This document shows, piece after piece, positions 52,830 through 64,000 of a stretch of DNA of 64,000 bases. A program made the translations under genes and the position numbers. Numbering within the stretch: position 1 is the first letter of the stretch; the number at the start of each line of letters is the position of its first letter. This DNA comes from Chiloscyllium plagiosum (taxonomy: Eukaryota), in assembly GCF_004010195.1 (NCBI RefSeq), contig NC_057756.1, positions 2,078,020 through 2,142,019 on the forward strand, read 5' to 3'. The notes beneath the pieces were generated by a model. It did not search any database and was not told the origin of the DNA. It saw only the letters and a program-made list of their open reading frames with translations.

Positions 52830-54900
52830 TAATAAACAAAGGTGAAAGTTTTATATCAACGTTTTTCACGGAAGTTATGGGTAGCTTAGTACAAACATAT
52901 CTGAAATTCGTTGAGTGCGATCCAGAATCGCAGGGGGCATTAGAGCGGTGGCATGCAAATTTAAAGACGATGTTTGATGTTTATAATCAAGACTAACTAG
53001 AGTATTGAAATAAAAGAATTATGCAAAGACTTTTTTTTCGCAATTTTAATATATATATCTAAAGGATAAACTAAACACGATTCAGTTGAATTAGGTTTTT
53101 TGCCTATGAGGTGGGATGACAACTGGCGTTAATTAAAGTGAATTTGCTGAGCCAGAAGTCAGAGACCACTATTTGGGTTTTGTGTCAAATATTAAGGAAA
53201 GATTAAACAGATCAGATGATTTGGCTGGACATCATTTAATAGCAGCATAGTTTATGAATGTAGGCTTGCCCGTTGAGTTGTAAATGTCGTTTTCAGACGT
53301 TTTGTCTCCATGCTAGCTAGCATCTTCAGTGAACTTCATTCGGAAGCTCACTGAAGATGTTACTTAGTATGGTGACGGAATGCCTGAGAACGAACCTTCC
53401 ATCTCAGCGAGCAAATGTATATCCGGAACCCCAACCAAAGCTATAAACACTCTCAAAACTCCCTCGCATAGTTTATGGATCAGGCCAGGCATTCTTAAAT
53501 CTTTTTTAAGAAGGTAGTCAAGAACATATCTTTTCAAGTTTTTTTTAAGCAGACGTGAGGAGAATAATCCAGTTTGACATCGATGTCAAAGTACTCGGTG
53601 TAAATCATAACATAATAATCCTTTACACACAAACAATAGAAAATGAAATTTAGAAAACATAACTTACCTGAAAACTCAATTGACTTGATCACAACTAAAT
53701 GACATGCTTGCAAATGTCTGTAAAATCTCCACAAACCCTTTGCCCCTCTGGCAGAAAAGCTGAAATCAAACACAGGTTCTCACAGAAGAGAGATTTCAGG
53801 CAGAGAAACGATCAGCTTCGAGTCGTTTATTTGGATATCCACCCTAAACTGAAGTAAAACCATATACTGGGAAATCTGACCACAGCCTAATATTATACTT
53901 CTGAATTTTTAAACTTAAACGACTGTTCATGTAAATATTTCAATAAATATCAGAACCTCTGCCTTTACGACCCTTCTCACATAAAATCAAGTACAGAATA
54001 ACTTTTTGAAAGAAGCAGTATCTTTACAATAGCAATCAGTGTAACTCTAATGGGATATTTATTTTTTAAATTACAATTTTACTATGGTAAGCAAGTGTGA
54101 TTATTTCACCATTTCGTAGGTGAGGCTCAAAAGGCAAGGTTCAGGAGGCTTCATGAAAATGAGAAGAAATTGAGTTTGGTGAATACTTTCCGAGGAACCC
54201 CAGATGGAAAGAAATCTCACAGAATGTGTCATCTGATACGCTCAAGTATTATTTTGCAAAGCAACGGAAGCAAAAAGAGTTAAGAGCTACTTTAAGGTTA
54301 TTCTCAATTGCACTTCTGTCAAAATAAATTGGGCAATAATGAAGTTCTCACACATTGCGCTATATTAATGATTAAACTTCCAGAGGATAGTCTAAAATAC
54401 GATCACAGAGGCAGATGTGTCGGAATAACCTGAGAGAAAGCAATTAATTAGGCATGATGTAGAATTGGGATTTCTTTCCCAATATAGCAAGATTTGCATA
54501 AACCACTAAGGTTGACATCGATCCAAAAAGTGATTGCCAGAATGCTCAAAGAAAACGTAATCGATGTGACTTGCAGTGATTGGAGCTCACACATTGTATT
54601 GGTGACAAATCTAGCAAATACCTAACAATGATATGTGGACTACCACACAGTCCAGACAGCAGGAAACAATAGTTGGATATAAAACGTGTTTTCGCGTGAG
54701 TTATCAAAGAAGACACGTAGGTCCTGTGTTCCATCACACAAATAATCTTTATTCGGACCACAAGTACCAGATATGTCAGAGAGGCCAGAGACAATCCTGT
54801 ACATGGTCTTCAAGGCGTGGATAGATTTTCTGTTACTTACAGGTAGGATTGGAAGGTCTATTACAATCTGAAATGCCAAGCGAAATAAAACATTTTAAAA
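52830..54900 (+). mobile_element. Decayed Gypsy INT/RT fragments with nested insertions, including a reverse LTR-like piece ~53490-54030
   Basis: HPESQGALERWHANLKTM at ~52918; similarity to the other Gypsy copies. Confidence 0.65.
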
Positions 54901-55234
54901 ACTTTATTTTACAATAATTATATGCCATATTGCTGTCCTTATAAGCCACACCCTCCAAATATGTCCATGCCAGCAGTAAAAACAATAAGTAATAGACATT
55001 TTCATTGACACCCCAAGTCCTTCCCATAATTTGATTGTGCTTACCGGAACACTCCACCATTTTTCTTGTGCACGTAACAAAGCTTCTGAGAGTTTTATTT
55101 CTTCCTTGATATTTGCCACCCGCTCTGTGTTATTTACTAAAAACCTAAATTGTTGCTTTTCACTCAGAATTCTTCCAAATTTTGTACTGACTTTAATGTG
55201 ACAGATTAAGAAGGTTATCATATTGTTGTAACTG

Positions 55235-56545
55235 GATTCATAGAGATGTACGTCACGGAAACAGACCCTACAGTCCAACTCGTAAATGACGACCAGATGT
55301 CTCACTGAATCTACTCCCATTTGCCAGCACTTGGCCAATATCCATCAAAATCCTTCCAAATCATACACCCATCCGGGTGCCATTCAAATGTACTAATTGA
55401 GTTAACCTCCACTGCATCCTCTGGCAGCAAATTCCACGCACGCATGGAAACATGAAAACATGTTTCTGCATGAAAACATTGCCCTTTAGATTATTTTCTA
55501 ATTTTCCCTTTTTAACCAAAACATATCGTCTCTTATTCTGGACTCCCCCAACAGAGGGAAAATACTTTGATTACTTACTCGGTCCATACAACTCATGACA
55601 TTATAAACCTCTATAAGTTCACAGTTCAATCTCTGCCACTCCAAGAAAAACAGCCTCAGCCTATTTAGTCTCTCCTGATATATTGTTATAAAATGTATGA
55701 CATCACCTCGAATATACAGTTACAGTGATATAGTTGACAAATTGAAAATAATCCCTCTTTCACTTCAGCCTGACAGTTTTAAAAACTATCCTGACGATCA
55801 ACCACAGTTTGCAACTCCCGCTATTTAGATGCTGGAAGTGGTTTCTCAACTGCAGTTTCATTCTAAGACCTAAAGAACAATATAAATAGAAGTGGAAGTA
55901 AGGCCATTAGGCCCATTGATTCCACTCCGCCATTCAACCTTGGCTGATGGGCATTTCAATGACACTTACCCGCACTCTCCCCATATACCGTAATTCCTTG
56001 CGTGATTAAGAATTTATCAATCTTTGACTTGAAGATATTTAACGTCCCGCCCTCCACTGCGTTCTATGGTAATGAATGTTAAAGGCCCAGCACTGTCTGG
56101 CTGAAGAAATATCTCCTTTTTTCCATTCTAAAAAATACCTCTTCTATTTCTAACCCTTTCCCAACGAGTCCTTTTATCCCCACCTTTTAGAAACAATTAA
56201 CCAGCGTCCATCCTTTCTAAGCCGTGAATTGCTCTGTAAGGTCCTATTATATCTCCCCTAAATCTTCTAAACTCTAATGAATACAATCCCAGTCTTCTCA
56301 GCCGTTCATCATATGTTAGGGCTACCAATCAGGGATCATCTCTGTGAATTTCCACTGGACATGCTACGGTGCCAGTATTTCTTTCCTGAAGCGTAGGGCC
56401 CAAAGCTGGAGCCTAACCAGAGCTTTATAAACTTTCTGTAGCACATTCACTGCATTTACATTCCAACACTCTTGAGATAAATTACAGCATTACATTTGCT
56501 TCCTTAACCACGGACTCCACCTTGAAGTATAATTTTAGAAATCTT
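55235..56545 (-). mobile_element. Two CR1 3' fragments (~55235-55680 and ~55870-56545) flanking a WDR41-like exon
   Basis: CR1-type 3' UTRs and reverse WNLLP/RLGL motifs. Confidence 0.7.
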
Positions 56546-56654
56546 TGATATAATTCTTGACGTTTTCACTCTAAATACTTGCCATTCCCAAATCATCTTT
56601 CGAATAGAAGCATCTAATCGAACTCCACTGATAAGAGCAATGACTTTGCAATTT

Positions 56655-57260
56655 CAGTCGAAAAGTGTGGTGGTGGAAGAGCACAGCAGATAAGGCAGCA
56701 ACCGAGGAACAGGAGAATCAATGACTCAGGCATAAGCTCCTCGTCAGGAATATCAAGGAAAAGAGGGCTGAGAGATGAATAGGAGGGTGGAATGGAGTTG
56801 GGGGTAGGTCGCTAGAAGGCAATATGTAGATGCAGGTAGGGATGATGTTGATAGGTTCCAGTAAAGAGGGGAACAGATGGGTAGGAAGGTAGATGAGCAC
56901 TTAGAACAGTGAAGGATGGCGGTGCTGAGTTGCCAGGTTTAATCTGGGATGAAATCTACCTCATCCCAAATTCCAACAGTACAACTTGACACCGCCCACT
57001 TGAAATATGCCACCTGTCCAACTTCCCTCCCATCCATGATCTCCTCCCTCATGACATCAGGATCCCTCATCTGGATTTAATTGTCACCTTCCCAGCTACG
57101 TTCCACTCAGAACCACTCAACACTCCTATCTATCCATCATCTCCTTTCCCCCATCCCCGATATTCTGGATGGAACTTTTGTGCCCAAAACGTCAATTCTC
57201 CTGCTCCTTTGATGCTGGCTGACCTACTGTGCTTTTCCAGTGCCACATTTTTCGACTCCA
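56655..57260. mobile_element. Penelope-like inverted terminal-repeat remnant
   Basis: AGTCGAAAAGTGTGGTGGTGGAAGAGCACAG and CTGTGCTTTTCCAGTGCCACATTTTTCGACT inverted ends. Confidence 0.75.
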
Positions 57261-57849
57261 TAAACAACTATGCAAGCTGACCATTTTTTCACGCTGTGTT
57301 TTGTAGTCTGCCTTTGGCTTTCTTCCCTGGAACTTTAAATGTAAGAATTTGTTAGAATTACCTGTATCTACACTTAATTTCAATTGTCCATCTCTTTTAG
57401 GCATGACTTGTCTTTTTACAACGAGGCGCTTTGCTTGCAGATACCCTCCCCTCCCAACATGTCCCCACATCCGCAAGTTACCTTGCCCTGTAATCGCAGC
57501 CTATTTACTTTCCCCTTCCTCATCATCCAAGGATCCAAACTACATATTATTGCAAAGAGACCTATTTCCTTCACAAACAACATGGATTCAAAAAGAATGA
57601 CTGTTATGTCATCAAAACTGATGTATATTAGATGATGAATGAAAAGCTGATTATGAAGAAAAAGCGAAACAATGATATGTGATTAATAGCAAGTTCTCTG
57701 CTGAAGTGGAAGAAAACTTAAATGCAACAGTTTATGGATGAGACAAAGGACTACGACAGTAATGAAAGAATCTCAAAGTCGAGGTAAACAGAATTCTGCC
57801 AATCGAATTAATACTCACTATTTGAAGAGGTTCCAATGCAATCTCTCAC

Positions 57850-58085
57850 AGCCTGCATTTGCCACTGGTTAATCTCCTTAGCCTGCACCAGATGTAAAAT
57901 TGAGATGAGCCAATCTACTTAACCTGCACATCTTTTGACTTTGGAGATAGTTGAATCACCTGGCGGAAAACCAGTCAGTCATGTATGGTGAGAATTTGCA
58001 AACTGTACACAAACAGTTGAGGGTGGAATCGAGCTGGAATTCCTGGTGCTGTGAGGCAACAGTGCTCACCAGTAAGCCAGCATGA
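57850..58085 (-). mobile_element. Decayed HE1/V-SINE-like SINE
   Basis: CTGTGAGGCAACAGTGCT and AACCTGCACATCTTT motifs. Confidence 0.7.
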
Positions 58086-60306
58086 TCTCTAATATCATCA
58101 TGATAACAAAGGTAATCTATCAACAAGGGTGGACATGCGTCAAATAATGGAGAATGACTTGTATAAACGTGTCCACATTCGCTTTAAAACTGCAGACATT
58201 ATTGAACATGGTGCTCAGATTTTTTTATAGAAATGGCAACGCAGGGAAATTTCGTTAGAATCATGATCTGAAATCAAATTCTAGTGTGAAGTATCTCTGT
58301 TAAGGCTGGCTATGTATAGCCGAAATAACTTGCCCAGTTTTTACTGTTATAAGCATAAAGTTGTTAATGGAAGGTTGGTCATTTACCCCCATGTTAAATT
58401 TATTGAAACTCGACTGTTCATCTCACATGCTTCAAGAAGTTAGAATTGTTTTTAGAGAAGAGCATTTGACGAAAGGTTTTCTGGTTTTGGAGTTGGAATA
58501 CATGCCAATCGCGGACATGTAAAACACATAGTTTTTTTTGGCAGTGATGAGGGGGTTACGGGAACGGAATATAAAGAGTCATCATTCATACACATTGGGT
58601 CCCGTAATGTATACGAGCTATGCAACTGTGCAGAAAAGTTATGTAACATGCACACATCATGCCGACATGCTAATGCTGATAACAAACTGTGTTTGCTGTG
58701 TGAGAGATATTTCACAGCACAGTGTATTAAAATTGTCTATTTTCGTGTTTAAATTGCTTCCGCTGTGGACTTCAAATTCGGGAGCATTTTGAGTAAGAAA
58801 ACAACAATATATTTTCGAACAGAGGCAATGATAAACCTGATGATAAAAACGTCCAGGCAAAATCAGGGATTTGATGATTCATTTGATATGGTAACACTAC
58901 ATTGGACATCAATTCGTTATTTTCCTCCAAATCATGCTAATGTTTTGTAGGATGATGCTTCCTTGTTTCAATCTAGTGTTTTTTTTTTCTTGGCTTTGTG
59001 GAAGTTTCAGAAGAGATTTACCTGCAAGTACTCACCCGTAAACTGAATTTAATTACGACAATGAAAGCACATATTCAGAATGACTCTGAACAATTTGGAA
59101 AGGATGACTGCTAAATCTCGAGTTGGGATGTGATGCTTGCAAGTGAGCATAAATTATACAAAAGGAAAAAAAAAGAAGTTTATACATTCTTTCAGATAAC
59201 TTTCAGTGTTCATCCCTCTTATTCTAAAATCTCACTTAACGATCAAACTCATCACAGAAGAAATGTCTATCTGACTTCAATTACTACCCTCACGATTTGC
59301 TTTACTTAAAATCAGCTACATCGATGTGCTCATGAAATGGATTGTAAAATTAGATGGAAAATTAAGATAATAATTTTTAGAGCAAACGAAAATGAAAAGT
59401 CGTAGTTTGTGATGAATGGAAGTAGATTTGGAAAAGAGATGACGAGATGTTTTTCCCTCAAGTTTACGTAATTCACCTGAAATCAGTTGCGTAATGTTTT
59501 GCCATCCAACGTCTCAGAGCTCTAGAAAATCCAGGATATCAACAGTTCACTGAGAAGATAAAGTTCATAACATTTCTGATTCAAAATATTTTGCTTGACG
59601 TGAACCCAGTCATGTTGACAAACGAGCGCCAATGTATCCTTTTAATAGCAAGTAGCCAAAGATCTATTTTAATTCTTCATGTTGAAATGGATAAGCATTG
59701 ATCATTCTAATGTGTGAAATGCATAAACTCAACTTGATCCCTTTTTCTAAATGAGGATAACACGTAATTTAAAAAAGAACAAATTTTGTGAAACATTTAT
59801 GTTACACATCCCGAAAAAGAATGCAATTTTTTCAATGCAAACAACGCTACAAATCGTATTCTTTAAAACCTCCCCAACGCATTTAAAATTATCTTTAAGT
59901 AATCTTCAGAAAAGAATTACGTCGATTTTTATGGTCATAGAACGGGAATACGATTGTGAGTTGGAAGCTCAACCGCAAGCAACTTAGATGTGAATTCAGT
60001 CTCGATATTGTGCATAGCTTGTACCTATTTATATCAGGAGGGAATGAATGGATAGTGTAAGATTAGCACCAATCAAGGATAGTAGTGTGAAGTTGTGCGT
60101 GGAGTCCAGTGAGTCACGAGAAGTGTTCTATGAATATTTTACATCAGTATTCAAACTGGAAAAGGATAGCGGACAATATTGAGATATAGGTTACAAGATT
60201 CGGTAGGATTGAAATTCACAAGGAGGATGTCTTGCAATTCTGGAAAATATGAAAATGGAAAATTTGCCTGGACTGGATGAGAGCTATCCCATGCGGGTCT
60301 GGCTGT

Positions 60307-60615
60307 GCGGCACGGTGGCACAGTGGTTAGCACTGCTGCCTCACAGCACTAGAAACCCGGGTTTAATTCCCGCCTCAGGTGACTCTCTGTGTGGAGTTTT
60401 CACATTGTCCCCGTGTCTGTGTGGGTTTCATCCGGGTGCTCTGGTTTCCCCCCATAATCCAAAAATGTGCAGCTGAGGTGAATTGCCATGCTAAATTGCC
60501 CGTAGCGTAATGTGAACGTGTAAATGGAGGAGTCTGGGTGGGTTGCACTTTGAAGGGTTGGTGTGGACTTGTTGCGAAGAAAGGCCTGCTTCCACACTGT
60601 AAGTAATCTAATCTA
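60307..60615 (+). mobile_element. HE1/V-SINE-like SINE
   Basis: GCGGCACGGTGGCACAGTGGTTAGCACTGCTGCCTCACAG head; (AATCT)n tail. Confidence 0.9.
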
Positions 60616-61502
60616 AGAAAATTGCAAAGCCTCTTGCTTTGGGCCTTATGCTATCATTGGCTCCAGGAATAGTGCCAGAAGATTGGATGATAGAAGATGC
60701 TGTTCCCTTGTTTAAAATATCGAGTAGAGGCAAATCTGGTAATTATATATAAGGAAGGTTTTCTTCGGTTGTGGGTTAACATTTGGAAAAGGTGATAAAA
60801 GATCGGATTTATAATCATCTTGAAAGGATTAAGTTGATTAGATATAGTTTTTGTGAAGGTGAGTTCGTACCTCACAAAACTTATTGACTGCTTTGCGAAG
60901 GTGACTAAACAGTTGGATGAGGGCAAAGTGGTTGATCTGTTGTATATTGATTTCAGTAAACTGTTTGATAACTTTCGCCACGGTAGGCTAGTGCACAAAA
61001 TACAGGGGCATGGGATTCAGTATGGTTGAGGAGGCTGGTACATAACTTGGCTCGTTGAAAGGAGACAGAGGTTGGTGGTTTCAGGAAAATGTTCATCCTC
61101 GTTCAGTTGCTAATGGTGCAGTGCAAGGTTCACTTTTGGGCCACTGCTTTTGTCACATTGAAAAATGACCTGGATGAGGGTGGAGAAGGACGTGTTTCAT
61201 AAATTTACGGAGGTCACTAAGGTCCGTGGAGTTCCGGGTAGTTTAGATGGGTGTTGCAAGTTATAGAAGGCTGCGGTGGTGGGCTGAGAGGTAACAATTT
61301 GAGGTTAATGTGAAAAAGTCTGAGATGATCCATTTTGGAAAAAGCAGCATAAGCACAGAGTTCTGTTTTATACTCAGACACTGGCAGTGTAGATGTGCAG
61401 AGGGATCTCCGGGTCCATGGGCATAGATCCTTGAAACTGGCCAGCCAAGTTTGCAGGGTTATTATGAAGGCATAAGATGAGTTAGCAGCGATGACATCAT
61501 GT

Positions 61503-62657
61503 TAGAACATAGTACATAGAACATTATAGCGCAGAACAGGCCCTTTGGCCCTCGATGTTGCCCGGACCTGTGAACTATTCTCAGCTCGTACCCCTGCACT
61601 AACCCAAAATCATCCATGAGCTTATCTAAGGATTGTTTACATCTTCCTAATGTGGCTGAGTTGACAACATTAGCAGGGAGGGCATTCCACGCCCTACACA
61701 ATCTCTGCGAAACGAACCTGACTCTGACATTTGTCTTAAAGCTATACCCCTCAATTTGTAGTCATGCCCTCTCGTACAAGCTGACGTCATCATCCTAGGA
61801 AAAAGACATTCACTGTATACCCTATCTAATTGTCTGATCATCTTGTATGTCTCTGTTAAATATCCTCTTAGCCTTATTCTTTCCAATGAGAACATGTCCA
61901 AATCTCTAAGACTTTCCTCATAAGATCTTCCTTCCAGACCAGGCAACGTCCTGGTACATCTCCTCTGCATCTTTTCCAATGTTTCCAATTTTTTTCTGAA
62001 ATATGGTGACAGGAACTGTACACAATATTCCAAGTGTGGCTGCACCAGCGGTTTGTACAGTTGCAGCATGATATTGAGGGTCCGGAACTCAATCCCTCTT
62101 CAAATGAAACCTAACACACTGTATGCCTTCTTAACAGCACTATCTTCCTGGGTGGTAACTTTCTGGGATCTATGTACATAGACTCCAAGACACCTCTGCA
62201 CACCCACACAATCAAGAATCTTTCCATTGACCAGTACTCTGCCTTCCTGTCATTCTTCTCAAAGTGCATCACCTCACATTTAGCTGCATTGAACTCAAAT
62301 TGCCACCTCTTAGCCCAATTCTGCAGTTTATCCAAGTCCTGCTGCAACCTGTAACACTCTTCCATACTGTCCACTACTCCACCGACTTTAGTGTCATCTG
62401 TAAATTTACTTAAATATCCACCTATGCCTCCATCTAAGTCATTTGTAAAAATGACAAACAGCAGTGGTCCCAAAACAGATCCTTGTGGCACACCACTAGT
62501 AACCGTACTCCAGGCTGAATATTTTCCATCAACCACCACTCGCTGCCTTCTTTCACAAAGCCAGTTTCTTATCCAAACTGCTAAATCACCCTCAATTCCA
62601 TGTCTCTGTACTTTCTCCAACAACCTACCATGTTGAACCATATCAAAGGCTTTACTG
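61503..62657 (-). mobile_element. CR1 3' fragment nested in CR1
   Basis: ORFs 62111..62743 (SGVPQGSVLGP, KFTDDTK) and 61647..62069; (AGAACAT)n-like tail. Confidence 0.9.
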
Positions 62658-64000
62658 AGGTAAAAGCTGTACAGAATTCTGATGGGGCCACACTTGAAGT
62701 ATTGCACATACTTCTGGTCCCCGCGGTATGAGAAGGATGTCAATGATTTGGAAAAGGTTCAGAGAAGATTTATTCGGATTTTGTCTGGTATGGAGGGTAC
62801 GTCTTATGACGAAAGGCTGGGGAACTTGCAGCTGTTTTCCTCAAAGAAGAAGGTTGAGGGGTGACTTAATTGCCACATAAAAGATAATCAGAGTGCTAGT
62901 TAGCGTGAGCAGGTAGAGTGTCTTTCCTCCAGTAGTGATGGCTAGCACGAGCTGGTAGAGCTTTAAATTGAGGGGTCATAGATACAAGACAGATGTCAGA
63001 GATGGTTTCTTTACTCAGAAAGTAGTGGGGACCTGTCTGCCTGCAACAGTAGTAGACTCACCATCTTTAAGTTTAAATAGTCATTAGATAAGTATGCTGA
63101 TAAAAATGGAATTATGTAGGTTAGATCGGATTCACATTGCTTTCACACGTCGATATATAGTATTCCCCTTTTGGTTCCTGTTTTGTTTTTCCTCCCAAGT
63201 TTATAATAGGTAGCAGATACGTTTGAAATAATTACCACCATAATACATGGCTGGAAAATTACCTTTTCTACATTCCACTTCTGGGTGTAATTGGATGCTG
63301 AGATGTCTTAGATCCGCCAAAAACATGCAGTCACATTGAAATGCAGGGAAAGCTGGAAGATTTGAAATGGGGAATGGTAGGAACATAGCTCATCGATTAA
63401 CTGCATCACTGATTAACTATTTAGGAGAAAAATAATGTGGAACAGATTTGTTCATACATAGATGAGTTATACAAAATTACAGTTTTTCAATGCACTCATT
63501 TAACCACATGACTTGGGTATAAAATGTTGGAAATCTACCTTTAATGATGGTTGCATGCCTATATGTTGTGTTGCGATAACATAATTTAATATTTCTCATG
63601 AGTATTTAATTAATATGTATGTATTCAAACACCTTGGATAGTAAATAAAAATGATCATGAGGAGCCAGTATTCCAGTATTTATCAGAGTAAAATCTAAAA
63701 CGATAGGAAGACTATTTCCATTCATAACAGACGCAATCACTTTTGAAAAAAGTTAAGAAACGTTTCTGATTGCAATATCCTCTGTGGACATTCTCCAGAA
63801 CGCCCAATATTGTGCGTATGTTGGCAGAGTGACTGCACGAAATCAGAGGTTCTGCCTATCTGTAGATTGACGATATCACGGTACGCCAATTATCCAGTAG
63901 TGCATTCAAAAATAACATATTTCCAGATAACATGAAGTGGAAAGTTTGGAATGTTGTCAGCAGTTCACTTCGTTCTTTTAATCACTGGGGTCAAATAATT

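Larger units (their letters stand above)
59990..63140 (+). mobile_element. Decayed CR1 carrying a nested SINE and a nested opposite-strand CR1
   Basis: IDFSKLFD and GPHLKYCTYFWSP..LEKVQRRF remnants. Confidence 0.8.
51940..64000 (+). pseudogene. WDR41-like: Divergent WDR41-like WD40 gene remnant; 5' exons not securely located, may run past the window end
   Basis: Colinear exon remnants vs human WDR41: ~52169-52250 YVSANGRDLHRCDAK*SPIC vs WLSGGNDLCVWNRKLDLLC; 55769-~55870 MLEVVSQLQFH vs ILEVKRLLDH; 57632-57783 NDM*LIASSLLKWKKT*MQQF..KSS vs NDLSFVTGSHVGELIIW..MQAY..KSN; 58545-~58750 DEGV..KESSFIHIGSRNVYEL..RHANADNKLCLLCERYF vs DISI..DEENVFAAVGRGLYVYSL..AHDSNVLHVARLPNRQL; 59381-~59465 VVVCDEWK*IW vs LISCSEDGSVRIW; from 63731 ILCGHS vs DLIGHS. 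Confidence 0.6.

Noticed and set aside
39985..60615. tRNA genes at the A/B-box motifs
   Set aside because: These are tRNA-derived SINE heads followed by SINE core and tail sequence, not complete cloverleafs.

Overview
Vertebrate genomic DNA, very probably a shark, judged from HE1/V-SINE-type SINEs, CR1 LINEs, Penelope-like elements and Gmr1-type Gypsy LTR elements. Most of the window is decayed transposon, and most ORF-track entries are TE-derived or spurious. The short unique islands between the repeats hold small splice-site-flanked exons that join, largely in phase, into three divergent intron-rich genes: C9orf72-like (minus strand, ~35.8 to 7.5 kb), SMCR8-like (plus, ~23.85-46.8 kb) and WDR41-like (plus, ~52 kb to the window end). 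These correspond to the three subunits of the C9orf72-SMCR8-WDR41 (CSW) DENN/longin GAP complex, whose canonical human genes are unlinked. Here they are clustered, and the C9orf72-like and SMCR8-like genes overlap antisense with interleaved exons. All three carry in-frame stops or frameshifts, so the cluster looks co-pseudogenised in this assembly. Homology calls are by-eye alignments to human sequences recalled from memory, are unscored, and need a profile search to confirm.
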